Virus record (IMG/VR): IMGVR_UViG_3300025168_000068 | Span: 7,717 to 71,716 of that record | DNA length: 64,000 nt | Origin: a virus | Reading direction: 5' to 3' (one strand) | The notes under the pieces: generated by a model | What the model was told of the DNA's origin: nothing | The model's database searches: none | What the model saw: only the letters and a program-made list of their open reading frames with translations | Position numbers and translations under genes: made by a program | In this document: piece by piece, positions 40,541 to 50,199 of the stretch | Layout of the letters: each line of letters starts with the position of its first letter | Numbering within the stretch: position 1 is the stretch's first letter

Positions 40541-40887
40541 TGTTTCACCTCTTCAACATTATCAACAACACGTATCGAACCAATACCAACCTGTTTAAGT
40601 GTTCTGCGGTTATACCACTGGCCGTCATGTTCATTGTAGACCGCCTGAATATATTCACTATGCACACCCCATGTTTTCCCTACAGCATGAGTTCTTTTTC
40701 TGCCTCGCAGTTCTAACGACTTTATTTCGTATACAGTATGCTGAGTCCATTCACCCTTCTTTCTAATTCGGCTTGAAAGTATTTCTCCCTGAGTCCATTC
40801 ACCCTTCTTTCTACCGAACAATACTTTAGAGCCTATACTAAACTTATTCATTCTTATTTCATTCTTCCATTCTTTTGTTCTGTTCAT
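40537..40887 (-). CDS. SH3/KOW-like protein with internal duplication
   Basis: IGSKVLFGRKKGEWTQGEI...RKKGEWTQ. Confidence 0.55.
   Translation of the reverse strand: MNRTKEWKNEIRMNKFSIGSKVLFGRKKGEWTQGEILSSRIRKKGEWTQHTVYEIKSLELRGRKRTHAVGKTWGVHSEYIQAVYNEHDGQWYNRRTLKQVGIGSIRVVDNVEEVKQ
40741..40813. repeat. 25-bp exact direct repeat x2 (period 48 bp, in frame)
   Basis: CTGAGTCCATTCACCCTTCTTTCTA at 40741 and 40789. Confidence 0.85.
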
Positions 40888-40933
40888 TTTACCACTTCCG
40901 TTTTTTTTGAGAGGTTTCGTCCCTCACGTTCTA

Positions 40934-40961
40934 AATTAGGGGTTGCCACTATATCAACCTG
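40934..40961 (-). promoter_or_regulatory. Early promoter motif (copy 1)
   Basis: Minus strand TTGATATAGTGGCAACCCCTAATT; 14-bp core shared with 44384-44397. Confidence 0.65.
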
Positions 40962-41110
40962 TTTACCATGCCAGTATGCTTTTCCCTGATTATAATACAT
41001 ATCTTGTATTTTCAATCTAACAACCCCATTTCTTCCATTTTTTTTAAGGTGTTCATCTGCCAAGACTTGTGCAACAAACTTGGATTATTCTTTGACTTTA
41101 TCCTACTCAT

Positions 41111-41578
41111 TTATTCCCACCCCGAAACTAAATTACTTCTGAGGTTTTTGATATTGAATACTTTACCTGCTAAAGTAATCTCTTCTAACTCCCTGAGTCC
41201 ATTTGTATTTCCGGGCGGGCCATTTTTCAAGTCCTCCGAAAGTTGTCGTATGATACCTGCTCTAATATTACTGTGTAATGTATTTAATTTAGTGTGTAAA
41301 ATATTTCTCTCATAAGAGTTTGGTAATTCTTTGATGTCTTTACCCCAATCATACGAAGTGCAATTTTTTATTATATTAGGGTATCTTTTAGCGATTGCTG
41401 AATCAGCATTCATTTGAGTCTTTTTGAGATTAACTAGGTCATACACACAGCATTCATTTGCATCCCAATGAATTATTCCTAGAGTTAGTAACTTGTTACT
41501 AACTCTATCTATACCGTCGTTTATTATTAATTCAGAGGCACGAAGTTTAAGTGCATTCGTATCTTTAGAATTATTCAT
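41111..41578 (-). CDS. Hypothetical protein
   Basis: GAGGTGA RBS. Confidence 0.6.
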   Translation of the reverse strand: MNNSKDTNALKLRASELIINDGIDRVSNKLLTLGIIHWDANECCVYDLVNLKKTQMNADSAIAKRYPNIIKNCTSYDWGKDIKELPNSYERNILHTKLNTLHSNIRAGIIRQLSEDLKNGPPGNTNGLRELEEITLAGKVFNIKNLRSNLVSGWE

Positions 41579-41756
41579 TTTTCTTCACCTCACAGCATGG
41601 GGCGTAATTGTTTTCGCTACAGCCTTTACAATGTCTCCAATGATTTAGAGGGACTATCTCTCCATACTGGCAGTAGCCCATAGATAACTCACAAGTGCCT
41701 GTTTGATAATAGGTACAGTGAGGACAGCCTCCATCAAGTTTTCTTTTACTACTCAT
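41571..41756 (-). CDS. Cys-rich small protein
   Basis: CPHC..C..C..HCKGC..CC. Confidence 0.55.
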   Translation of the reverse strand: MSSKRKLDGGCPHCTYYQTGTCELSMGYCQYGEIVPLNHWRHCKGCSENNYAPCCEVKKNE

Positions 41757-42376
41757 TCATCATCACCTACAAACATATCACCTATATGCAAAGGCGGCTC
41801 AGTATATCCAAACGCTTTTTCAAAATTATATGAACTAACCCATTCTTCGTATTGTTCGTTAGTAAGTTTTTTTACTATATTTAGAGGGATTACTTTAGGG
41901 TGTATTTTATTTTTGATTACTCTTACAGTCCAGTCATCAGACTCTTTGCAGTTCATAACATAATTGTAATCTATATCAATCTCCGCATCTTGTAGACTTG
42001 TAACTAGACTTTGAGTTGCATAAGCAGCCATCCTCATAACAAATGTTTTAGAGTCTATTTTACTTACATTAGTTTTGAAGTTTATATCTTGCATACGTTC
42101 TAATGACTCCATAGTTTTGTAGTGTTTATGAAAGTTAGGCATAAGGGTTGCGTAGTAATCATACAAATGATGAATCCTAATCCATATTTCTTTGAGGGAC
42201 ATATCATTCATGTTTTGTATTCCACAAGCCTCGGCTACTCTAGCCAATTCTAAACTTTGATAGACCTCGACTTCTACAGGGTCGGCAAGCATGGCCCAAT
42301 CATCAGACGGGGTGTTCCCCTCGATAGGCTTGGTGAGATATTTTCTTACAGATACTTCCAACGGCATTATATCCAC
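41753..42376 (-). CDS. Hypothetical protein
   Basis: 207-aa ORF. Confidence 0.6.
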   Translation of the reverse strand: MDIMPLEVSVRKYLTKPIEGNTPSDDWAMLADPVEVEVYQSLELARVAEACGIQNMNDMSLKEIWIRIHHLYDYYATLMPNFHKHYKTMESLERMQDINFKTNVSKIDSKTFVMRMAAYATQSLVTSLQDAEIDIDYNYVMNCKESDDWTVRVIKNKIHPKVIPLNIVKKLTNEQYEEWVSSYNFEKAFGYTEPPLHIGDMFVGDDE

Positions 42377-42672
42377 CTCTGAGTAATTGCATCATCTATT
42401 TTATAGAGAGCAAAGGAAATACTACCGACAAGGTGATAACCCATATCCATACCAACCCCACCTACTTTTATTCCACCGTGTATGTTGGAAGTTTTCCAAT
42501 CCAATATTTTTGATACTAAATATGTGTAATCATAAGGTCTGTTATCAATGATACATATAACAGATATATACCTAGTCATGCCCGATTTTGTAACGTGGTT
42601 CAGTTTTGTATAGATTATATTACCTGCATCTTCCATAACTTCTTTCATCCTTAAAACATTATCATCAGACAT
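42367..42672 (-). CDS. Conserved phage early hypothetical protein
   Basis: IYTKLNHVTKSGMTRYISV...GIKVGGVGMDMGYHLV, a motif I recall from phage early regions. Confidence 0.6.
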   Translation of the reverse strand: MSDDNVLRMKEVMEDAGNIIYTKLNHVTKSGMTRYISVICIIDNRPYDYTYLVSKILDWKTSNIHGGIKVGGVGMDMGYHLVGSISFALYKIDDAITQRWI

Positions 42673-42673
42673 T

Positions 42674-42961
42674 TTAATCGTGCCTCCTACCTGCGTGTGG
42701 TAAATCTATTTCTTTGATAGGCCATATAGTTTTTATCGAATCCAGTTCTTTTTCTGAGAAGTAACCCAACTCTTCTTCAAAGCCTTGAACGAATCCGAAG
42801 TGATTACCGTCATCGTTTAGTTCTGTGGCGAACCAATACCAACCGGAGAAAGATTCCCAACCCTTGAGAACTGGTGCGTCTCTATCCATATATTTTGAGG
42901 TCAAAAATAGTTTACCCTCTTTAGTAACTAACTTTGTGCTACTCAAAGGGATTCCTCCCAA
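42674..42961 (-). CDS. DUF2958-like protein
   Basis: WYWFATE...FGFVQGFEEELGYFS..EL. Confidence 0.7.
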   Translation of the reverse strand: MGGIPLSSTKLVTKEGKLFLTSKYMDRDAPVLKGWESFSGWYWFATELNDDGNHFGFVQGFEEELGYFSEKELDSIKTIWPIKEIDLPHAGRRHD

Positions 42962-43138
42962 AGTAACTCGTCAATCATTTCTTGTTTCTTGTTTTGCGTC
43001 ATATTTTTTTGTTTTGTATATTTCACTTCAATCCCTCCTAAAAGTTATTTTAATGGTGATAGTAATTTCTCACAATCACTTTCCGCCGACAGCCCGATTT
43101 TTTGAATCGAGCGAATCGCTACGGGTTTTGTGAGATGC

Positions 43139-43164
43139 CCCCACCGAGCCGAAGCCCGGTGAGG
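43139..43164 (-). other. GC-rich C(UUCG)G hairpin 3' of the DUF932 gene
   Basis: Minus strand CCTCACCGGGC-TTCG-GCTCGGTGGGG, 11-bp stem with two G-U pairs. Confidence 0.65.
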
Positions 43165-43201
43165 ATTTAGGTAATTCCGTCATACTTTTACTGCTAAAGT
43201 A

Positions 43202-44287
43202 TTAAGCAGTTACTTCAAGCATTTCTTTGGCTAGTTCCCAACCTTTCCTCTTCTGTCTAGCACCTTGACCGAACATTGATGACTCTTGCTTTTTGATAGC
43301 AAGGGCTTGCATCTTTGCATCGTCGGCATTTGCTTTACCGTCACGCACCGCTTTAGGCACTGTTTCGATATGGTCTAGGTATTCTGTGAGAGAATTATAT
43401 GCGGCCCATAGAGTCCCTGCCATTTTACCGACACGGTTGGTTTTCTTCTCTAGCAGTTTCTCGCATTCTAAGATTTTGTTCAGACCTTTGGTCGAGTATT
43501 GGAATGAGCCATCGGGCTGCTCTTTTGATTCTACCCCTAAAGCATTTGCGAAGTAATCGCGCATTTCCGTTTTCTTCATCTTTATACTGAGCATAGATTC
43601 AGCATCAGCACCCCACTCGTCGAACTCATCAACCATCAATCCTAGAACTTTACGAACATCGTCAAGTTTGGCATGAACCTGTCCGGTATGTCTGACGCTG
43701 TGACCTGCGCCGCCGCTTTGACTTAGAGCCATCGTTAAAGTATTATTACAAACTACACGTATAGGTGTGAGCATGAACTTGATTGCACCTGAACCGTCAT
43801 GCGTATTGCTGATTAGTATGTAACAGTCAATTTTATCTTTACCCATGATTTTAACTTGATACGGTATCTTTGCTAATACCCATACTCTCTCGCCGTTACC
43901 TAATGCGCCACAAACCTCAATCTTTGCCTCTTGACAATTTGTAAGTTCATCTAAGAACTCGAATGCCTCGAAGTTTTGAAACGGCTTCCAAACTTTGCCG
44001 ACTGTCTTACCGCCTTTCGTCAATGATACCATGTCGCCGTCTAAGTCCCTACGGAATACACCGAAGGTATCAGGAACGGTTACGTGTCTCTTGTTTTGTT
44101 CGTCATACACTTGAAGCGGTATTTTTTCTACAAGCCAGTTAAGACGCGCCGCTTCCAACGCTTCTGTTCCTGTCATTAGGTTAGGACCTACGTCCTGACC
44201 TAATCCATGCCACGGGGTTCGCCCCGACCATGCTGTCATCCATTCGTCATTTTTATTTTTCGCTAACTGGTGTGCCATTTTTTTCAC
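43202..44287 (-). CDS. DUF932-family protein
   Basis: TPWHGLG, FQNFEAFEF, GALGNGERVW, NTHDGSG, TPIRVVCNNTL, GTLWAAYNSLTEYLDH. Confidence 0.9.
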   Translation of the reverse strand: MKKMAHQLAKNKNDEWMTAWSGRTPWHGLGQDVGPNLMTGTEALEAARLNWLVEKIPLQVYDEQNKRHVTVPDTFGVFRRDLDGDMVSLTKGGKTVGKVWKPFQNFEAFEFLDELTNCQEAKIEVCGALGNGERVWVLAKIPYQVKIMGKDKIDCYILISNTHDGSGAIKFMLTPIRVVCNNTLTMALSQSGGAGHSVRHTGQVHAKLDDVRKVLGLMVDEFDEWGADAESMLSIKMKKTEMRDYFANALGVESKEQPDGSFQYSTKGLNKILECEKLLEKKTNRVGKMAGTLWAAYNSLTEYLDHIETVPKAVRDGKANADDAKMQALAIKKQESSMFGQGARQKRKGWELAKEMLEVTA

Positions 44288-44373
44288 TTCCTTATTTTTT
44301 TAGTGGTAGCCTTTTTTTTTCGCTGACCTGTTGAGAGTGGCGAACTCTCTTAGTTTGGCGGCTAATACTTTTG

Positions 44374-44411
44374 CCCCTAATATAATTAGGGGTTGCCGAT
44401 ATATAACCCTG
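44374..44411 (-). promoter_or_regulatory. Early promoter motif (copy 2) with overlapping palindrome
   Basis: Minus strand TTATATATCGGCAACCCCTAATT; CCCCTAAT-ATA-ATTAGGGG at 44374-44392. Confidence 0.65.
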
Positions 44412-44433
44412 CCGATTTACTTTTGCCGTGAAT

Positions 44434-44646
44434 CTAATTATCACCCTGTAAATCCTTCCTATAAGGTGCCATCAACAGTTCAGCCTTTTTTTTTCTTTGA
44501 GTTAGACAATACTTAACGTCACGCCTACAACTATTACAGAATCTAGGTTTACCTGCGCCGTCTTTACACAAGTAAAAACAACCGCCGTATTTTTTTGTGT
44601 GCCAGTCCCAATATTCTAATATTTCTTTTTCAGTTACACTAATCAT
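44434..44646 (-). CDS. Cys-rich small protein
   Basis: CFYLC...FCNSC; GGAGG RBS. Confidence 0.55.
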   Translation of the reverse strand: MISVTEKEILEYWDWHTKKYGGCFYLCKDGAGKPRFCNSCRRDVKYCLTQRKKKAELLMAPYRKDLQGDN

Positions 44647-44675
44647 TTATTCTTCCTCCTCAAATCCTTTCATCA

Positions 44676-45050
44676 TTAAATCATCTCCTTCTTCCACTCT
44701 TCCATGAGTGGTTCGATTGTGTTCAGCAAGTTAGTGTTCTCATCAAGCCAAGTCCACAAGCATTCGTATTCCCAATCAGCCTTGCGTAACTGCTCATTCT
44801 CTGCGAGTGATTCGTTGTATGCTTCAAGTAGTTCCACCAAATCTCTTCGGCTCATGTTGTCTAAATCGTCTGTGTCAATCTTAAGTTCTTTTGCTGCTTC
44901 CTCAATTCTTTTTTGTGGATGCCGACTATGTTCAATTATAGGTTTTTTTCCACGACCAAAACAAGATTTGAGTCTAAAGTCAAAACCTGATTTCTCTAAC
45001 ACTTCGCTCGCCGTTGGTTCATTTTCATTTTCATTTTTTTCTTCATTCAT
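44676..45050 (-). CDS. Acidic hypothetical protein
   Basis: GGAGG RBS. Confidence 0.6.
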   Translation of the reverse strand: MNEEKNENENEPTASEVLEKSGFDFRLKSCFGRGKKPIIEHSRHPQKRIEEAAKELKIDTDDLDNMSRRDLVELLEAYNESLAENEQLRKADWEYECLWTWLDENTNLLNTIEPLMEEWKKEMI

Positions 45051-45356
45051 TTATTCTTCCTCCTTAGTTTTCTCAAATAGATAGGTCGAGAAGCCACTCT
45101 TACACGCGCACCTGTAACAATAGTCCCGCGCGTAAGTTTTACCTGTCTCGCTTGATTGAATTATTACTTCAAGGGTTCTTTTATTATTACAATCGAAAGC
45201 GTCGCATCTCAATTTGAGTTTTCTGTCACCTCTCGGATATTGTGAATAGACTAATCTTGAGATTTCTCTAATGTAGAATCTAGGATTATTTTCTATGTAA
45301 TCCAAAATGAAAAGATTAGTATTAAGAAGATGAGGTAAGGCATCCGGCAGCATCAA
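45051..45356 (-). CDS. Zn-finger hypothetical protein
   Basis: CDAFDC...YCYRC. Confidence 0.55.
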   Translation of the reverse strand: MMLPDALPHLLNTNLFILDYIENNPRFYIREISRLVYSQYPRGDRKLKLRCDAFDCNNKRTLEVIIQSSETGKTYARDYCYRCACKSGFSTYLFEKTKEEE

Positions 45357-45496
45357 AGCAACTCCCCGAATGGATTACAGTCATCTGAGCATACGCCCCA
45401 CTGATTACCTAGTGCGCCGTGATTACGGCCCGAAGGAGTATCAATTTTAGGGTATTTGATTTCGCACTTACAGAAAGGACAAATCTCTTTAGCCAT
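45353..45496 (-). CDS. Cys-rich microprotein (47 aa)
   Basis: MAKEICPFCKC...VCSDDC; GAGGTGG RBS. Confidence 0.55.
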   Translation of the reverse strand: MAKEICPFCKCEIKYPKIDTPSGRNHGALGNQWGVCSDDCNPFGELL

Positions 45497-45688
45497 TCAA
45501 AGCCACCTCGCATCAACTAGTCGTCGAGGTGCGCCCTTGATTGGGCAAATGTAAATCAGACCCCTGCGGGTATTTTTTAGGGTTAAAGTATTTGCATCAA
45601 TTTTGTTGATACGCAATTCTCTAATAATCAGGGAGGACACTTCGATATGAAGCCCGAAGGGTGAGGAGGGATTTTCACCCTCACTCAT
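45497..45688 (-). CDS. Hypothetical protein
   Basis: ATGA overlap at 45685-45688. Confidence 0.5.
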   Translation of the reverse strand: MSEGENPSSPFGLHIEVSSLIIRELRINKIDANTLTLKNTRRGLIYICPIKGAPRRLVDARWL

Positions 45689-45771
45689 TTTTCCACCCCA
45701 CACACAGGACAGCGCATATCTCCGCCTGTTAATCTGAATTGATTTCTGTCATCGGGACATTTACACTTCAT
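45685..45771 (-). CDS. Zn-ribbon microprotein (28 aa)
   Basis: MKCKCPDDRNQFRLTGGDMRCPVCGVEK*; GGAGGTGA RBS; ATGA overlaps. Confidence 0.6.
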   Translation of the reverse strand: MKCKCPDDRNQFRLTGGDMRCPVCGVEK

Positions 45772-46226
45772 GCTTTCACCTCCGAACTAAATCCTAAATC
45801 TTCTAAAACTTGCTCGGCTAATACTTCTTGAGCCATACCAATAAACGGATAAGCCGAATCCGCGCCGGACGCATGACGACTCTTCCAAGTTATCAAATCT
45901 TGAGCCTTTGCTTCTACTTTGTCAAGATTGACAACTTCAATTTTTCTGGATTTGTGGTAATAATCTTGATACCTGTCTTTAGCATCTCGAACGATACCTG
46001 CTCTAGTTGTATTGTCTAGCAGTGAGAACATCACAAAGGGACAAGGACAATTAGCCTGTGTTTTTGGCAGCCTGTCAATTTTTTGCTGAAAGTGAGAACG
46101 GATTCTTTCACCGTCGGGATTTGCTTTGACTAGAATGTCAATCAGATTTTCGTTGTTGAGATAATCAACAACCATCTGAAAGAGGCAAATATCGTAAGCG
46201 GGAATATCCCGAATTACCACACTCAT
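45768..46226 (-). CDS. Hypothetical protein
   Basis: GAGGTGG RBS. Confidence 0.6.
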   Translation of the reverse strand: MSVVIRDIPAYDICLFQMVVDYLNNENLIDILVKANPDGERIRSHFQQKIDRLPKTQANCPCPFVMFSLLDNTTRAGIVRDAKDRYQDYYHKSRKIEVVNLDKVEAKAQDLITWKSRHASGADSAYPFIGMAQEVLAEQVLEDLGFSSEVKA

Positions 46227-46705
46227 TGAACCACCTCGTAAGCCAAAGCGACCTTGCCAAATAGTGCCTCGAAGTTATCTTCTACTGCTGCCTCATACAC
46301 GCTCTTGCGTGTGCGTTTTTCATAGATAGGGTGGCTGTCATTATCTCGAATAACCCATGTGCCGACATTGGTTCTTTCTAACATTACTTCAACTCTGAAA
46401 AGAGTGTTCATGTCTATGTTCATGTATGGTCTGTAGATTGTATCTAGTGCATCAGTCTCTTGACGGCATTCATTACATATGGTTGCGGGATAGAATCTAT
46501 CGTGGGACAATTCTATATTTTTCGTAATCAACAGAACGTGAGTTCTCTTGAACTTCGGTGCTTCGATGTCTAAACTACAACATGAGCAAATGAAAGGATT
46601 AATCCTCTCATGGTAGAACGTCTTTCCCTTAACGTCCTCCAATACCTCTTCCGGGGAAGAGGGCAGTCTTGTGTGTGCCTCTAGGTGGGGTGTATACCTT
46701 GCCAT
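46223..46705 (-). CDS. Zn-finger protein, first gene of the leftward early operon
   Basis: CSCC...ICNEC; TATA-like TTATAA about 25 bp upstream. Confidence 0.6.
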   Translation of the reverse strand: MARYTPHLEAHTRLPSSPEEVLEDVKGKTFYHERINPFICSCCSLDIEAPKFKRTHVLLITKNIELSHDRFYPATICNECRQETDALDTIYRPYMNIDMNTLFRVEVMLERTNVGTWVIRDNDSHPIYEKRTRKSVYEAAVEDNFEALFGKVALAYEVVQ

Positions 46706-46756
46706 ATATATTCATCTTAGTCTGCCCTTATAACTGCTTCTATACCCCACTCTGAC

Positions 46757-47840
46757 TTTTGTAACCTTTTTTTACATGGTCTTAGCGCGATTTACTATAT
46801 CTAGTTTCTTTTGTAACCTTTTCTTACTAGGTCTTTATTATCAACTTGAAAGTATCTTCCTTTAGAGTGTATTCTAAACCTAGAAACAAACCCTCTTTTA
46901 ATTTCATACAGATACAACCAATCTTCTGTAACCTTTCTTTTGTAACCTTTAGAAAAGCCTACTGCATTCACTAGGTCACTAGTTTTGTTGGCAACTGCTT
47001 TTGTAACTTTTTAGATTCATCTTGAAAATAGTTTAAAGGTTACAGTTTTTGATTCAAAGGTTACAAAAAATAGTTACAAAAATAACCACTTGCTGTAGAC
47101 CTTTTGTAACCTTTAAGCAGGTCAAAACATTTGGTAATAGGATGGCTGAGATGCGTGTCAAAAAGTTACAATATAGGCGCAGCACTTGATTACTTTTGTA
47201 ACCTTTTTTAGATGCGCTACTTTTGGGGTGAAAATAACTTTTTTTTACGCGAGGACTTTTGTAACCTTTTTGCTTTTGTAACCTTTTTACTTTTGTAACC
47301 TTTTCAAAAAACTGGTGTAAAAACTACACTAGGTGTATGCGCCACTTTTGTAACTTTTTTACTTTTGTAACTTTTTTCACTTTTGTAACCTTTTTGAAAA
47401 TCCACCCAAATAGCCCCAAAAGGTTACAAAAGAAACGCAAAAGGTTACAAAAAAAGGTTACAAAATAAACCACTATACTGCGAGACTTTTGTAACTAATT
47501 AGCCCCTCAAAACACTTAGTAATAGCATAAAACGAATGCAGGTCAAATAGTTACAAAAGTAAATCATGACCCTGAAATACCACAATTAAAACACCAAAAA
47601 CGCTGTACTGCGGCGGTGTAAAAAATGCACCGAAAATAAATACCACAATTGACTTTTGTAACTTTTTTGCTACACTAAGTGTATTTTACAACACTTGCTC
47701 TATTTTTTACATTAAGTGTTTTTTTCTTACCTAGTGTGGAAAGTAAAGTCGGCTTTTGTAACCTTTTAAATCGCTTTTGTAACCTTTCCGGGTCCCTACT
47801 ATACAGCCTTGAGTTGTATAGTGCCTTTTGTAACCTTTGA
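46757..47840. repeat. Array of about 26 TTTTGTAAC(C/T)TTT repeats in both orientations
   Basis: Forward copies e.g. 46757, 47257, 47274, 47291, 47363, 47381, 47754, 47775; reverse copies near 47056, 47418, 47440, 47453; irregular spacing; no ORFs. Confidence 0.9.
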
Positions 47841-47951
47841 CTTATTGAAAAATCGCAAAAGCAGGTTCAAAGGGGTATGAAAAAAAAGGGCCTAAAATTA
47901 CCGGAAACCGGAAATAAAAGAGGTGTAAAAACTACACCGAAAAAACCGCTA

Positions 47952-48263
47952 AATTAGCCTAAAATCAAAGATTAATGTCAAACTGATGTTAAAAAATAGT
48001 AAAAACCCAGTAATTAGGCTAAAATCAAAGATTAGGCCGACATTGAAAAAGTGCCTAATTAGGACAGAATCAAAGATTATGGCCGCCTCGCGTCCGCAGT
48101 CCATCGAATAGGGTAAAAAAAGCCAGTAATTAGGCCACAAACCCACATTATTAAAAAATGTAAAATAATTATTATTGGGAGAAACTATGCACATTACCGG
48201 AATACGGACCGAAAACCAGAACGCACGACTGCATATGAAAAAGTGCGAAATTAGGCCAAAATC
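47952..48263. repeat. AATTAG(G/C)..AAAATCAAAGATTA repeat family
   Basis: Full copies at 47952, 48012, 48057; partial copies at 48128, 48249. Confidence 0.8.
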
Positions 48264-48319
48264 GTTCCAGAGTATACTATAAAGTAAAGGGGACGATGAG
48301 AGGTCAGGAGGCAATTAAG

Positions 48320-49672
48320 ATGATACTTAATAATTCTAAGATTATGACGCATAAAATGATGAACGCCCCGAAGGAGTATACTTCCTTCGGTATAGAGGAG
48401 GTAGCAAATGCACCTTCAAACTGGAGTGATGTTTCAAACGTCACTCAGCAACTAGGTGACAATAAGTTCACTAAGACCCAACTAGTTCATGCTGTCAGAG
48501 CAGTAAACAGAATACTAAGACAACAGAACATAAAACCGATAGTAGTAGGTAAGAAATCGAAAGAGGACTTAGTAGACGAGTTAGACCTAGTATGTTACCA
48601 AGATACTGAGATGTATGGATTCACAGCAAGAAAGAACAAGAACCTATTACTTACAGTTCGAACATTGAAAGACTTCGCTATGGCAGGTCTACTTACTCAG
48701 GAACTAGGAACAAGAGCCTACCTTGAAATTGGTACTGGCAAATCAATCGGCACAGTTAGCAGTATTCACAACAACAAGAAGAGAGCAACTAAGACAATTA
48801 CAGATAAGGAATATGTTGAAGCAATCGTTACTTCAAGTCACAAGGCCTTCAACAAATCTAACTGGGTGAATAGTGCTTGTGAGACTGAGGGCTTCGTTGG
48901 CAAATATGCCCTTGATGGATTCGGCACAGAATCAGAAATAAGATATGCTTGTAATCAGAATCATGAAGCAGTTGAGCAGGGTTCAGATGCTTGGGCTGTA
49001 TGTGTTTCAGAAGTTACCGGGGTTATGTCCTATGCTGCTAAGAATACTACATCATTCAAGTGTCCTAACTGTAGAGGTCCGGCGACACTGGAAACATACC
49101 GACATTCAGTATCAAAGAAGAACGGAACCTTCCTAAGTATGCCATTGATTAAACTAACAGACTCACCATTCAAGACGATTGGTATGAGTGCAAGAACTCA
49201 CATGGTAAAGAAGGAAAGAACCGAGATGCAATACGATGAGTTAGGTAATCCGATTAAATCAGAAACAATTCAATTCAGTGTAAGAGAGAAAACCGAGACT
49301 ATCCAACCTCGTCTATACCCGATTCATATTCAGGGTAAAGGTGGCCGTGTTGCTAGAAAAATCAACGGCAAAACCGTTTGGCATGACGTTTACTTTCAAC
49401 AACTAGTATTCGAGTCGGAAACTGCTCAATCCTTCGCTGTATGGTGTGCCGTTGAGTGCTTCGTTGGAGAAAATCCAGAACACCCTCTAGAGTCAAAGAA
49501 GATATTGAATCGAGTATTCATGCCAAGACCTTCAATACTCTCAACTATCCTAGTTAATACCCTATTGAATGATGATTCAATGTCATTTAGTAGACCTCAG
49601 AAAGTTGTAGCACTAGATGAGTTAGTTGAGACAACAATAGACACCGTAGAAGATGGGGCGGGGGTGGTCTGA
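48320..49672 (+). CDS. Orphan protein with HeH-like motif and Zn ribbon, adjacent to the repeat hub
   Basis: AGGAGG RBS before ATG 48320; FTKTQLVHAVR...KSKEDLVDEL; FKCPNC. Confidence 0.7.
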   Translation: MILNNSKIMTHKMMNAPKEYTSFGIEEVANAPSNWSDVSNVTQQLGDNKFTKTQLVHAVRAVNRILRQQNIKPIVVGKKSKEDLVDELDLVCYQDTEMYGFTARKNKNLLLTVRTLKDFAMAGLLTQELGTRAYLEIGTGKSIGTVSSIHNNKKRATKTITDKEYVEAIVTSSHKAFNKSNWVNSACETEGFVGKYALDGFGTESEIRYACNQNHEAVEQGSDAWAVCVSEVTGVMSYAAKNTTSFKCPNCRGPATLETYRHSVSKKNGTFLSMPLIKLTDSPFKTIGMSARTHMVKKERTEMQYDELGNPIKSETIQFSVREKTETIQPRLYPIHIQGKGGRVARKINGKTVWHDVYFQQLVFESETAQSFAVWCAVECFVGENPEHPLESKKILNRVFMPRPSILSTILVNTLLNDDSMSFSRPQKVVALDELVETTIDTVEDGAGVV

Positions 49673-49674
49673 GA

Positions 49675-50199
49675 ATGACTACCTCCCCCCTCACTTCTTA
49701 TTCTGATTATTATACCCCTATCGAACTTACTCTTGAAGTTCTCAATGCAGTTGTGATTCGTCCTCATAGTGATAGTCAAATTAAATGGTTCGGCCACGAA
49801 TTAATCAGTTCTAATTATGACTTGAACCATTGTAACAATCATTATCATAATATCAACTACCCTACTCTAGTTAAATTATTCATTGAAACTATAGAACCAA
49901 TGTTTAGACCTACCATTGAAACAAACTGGCATGAAGAAGAAGTGGAAGTATGGAATACATACCTTGCTCAACTCGAAAACCATGATTACCGAAAACCAAT
50001 TCCGACTATGTATATTACAGATAATGAATGCCCATATTGTGATTCATGCACACCGGCACCATTTACATTCTCAATAGCACTTGAAATTATTGAATCGGTT
50101 GAAGATTGGATGAAAGAAATGGAACATATCAACAACATGGATAATGATTTATTATTGGCAATAATCAGAGTCCGTATTGATGATGAGTTGGAGGTGTGA
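49675..50199 (+). CDS. Hypothetical protein
   Basis: Acidic; CPYCDSC. Confidence 0.6.
   Translation: MTTSPLTSYSDYYTPIELTLEVLNAVVIRPHSDSQIKWFGHELISSNYDLNHCNNHYHNINYPTLVKLFIETIEPMFRPTIETNWHEEEVEVWNTYLAQLENHDYRKPIPTMYITDNECPYCDSCTPAPFTFSIALEIIESVEDWMKEMEHINNMDNDLLLAIIRVRIDDELEV

Noticed and set aside
40741-40813. 25-bp repeat pair as a mini-CRISPR
   Set aside because: Lies in frame inside a CDS with a 48-bp period; best explained as an intragenic duplication
40905-40930. Minus-strand TGAGGGACGAAAC as a hammerhead ribozyme
   Set aside because: No CUGAUGA core or three-stem junction
46757-48263. Repeat hub as a CRISPR or mini-CRISPR array, given the Cas4-like gene
   Set aside because: Repeats are short or degenerate, occur in both orientations and have irregular spacing; solo Cas4-like nucleases are common in archaeal viruses
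48264-48293. GTTCCAG...AAAGGGG as an archaeal ORB origin box
   Set aside because: Single copy lacking the TGGAAA core; more simply the TATA region of ORF 48320
47949-48314. 121-aa minus-strand ORF
   Set aside because: Translates repeat DNA, low complexity, overlaps the leader of the plus-strand gene
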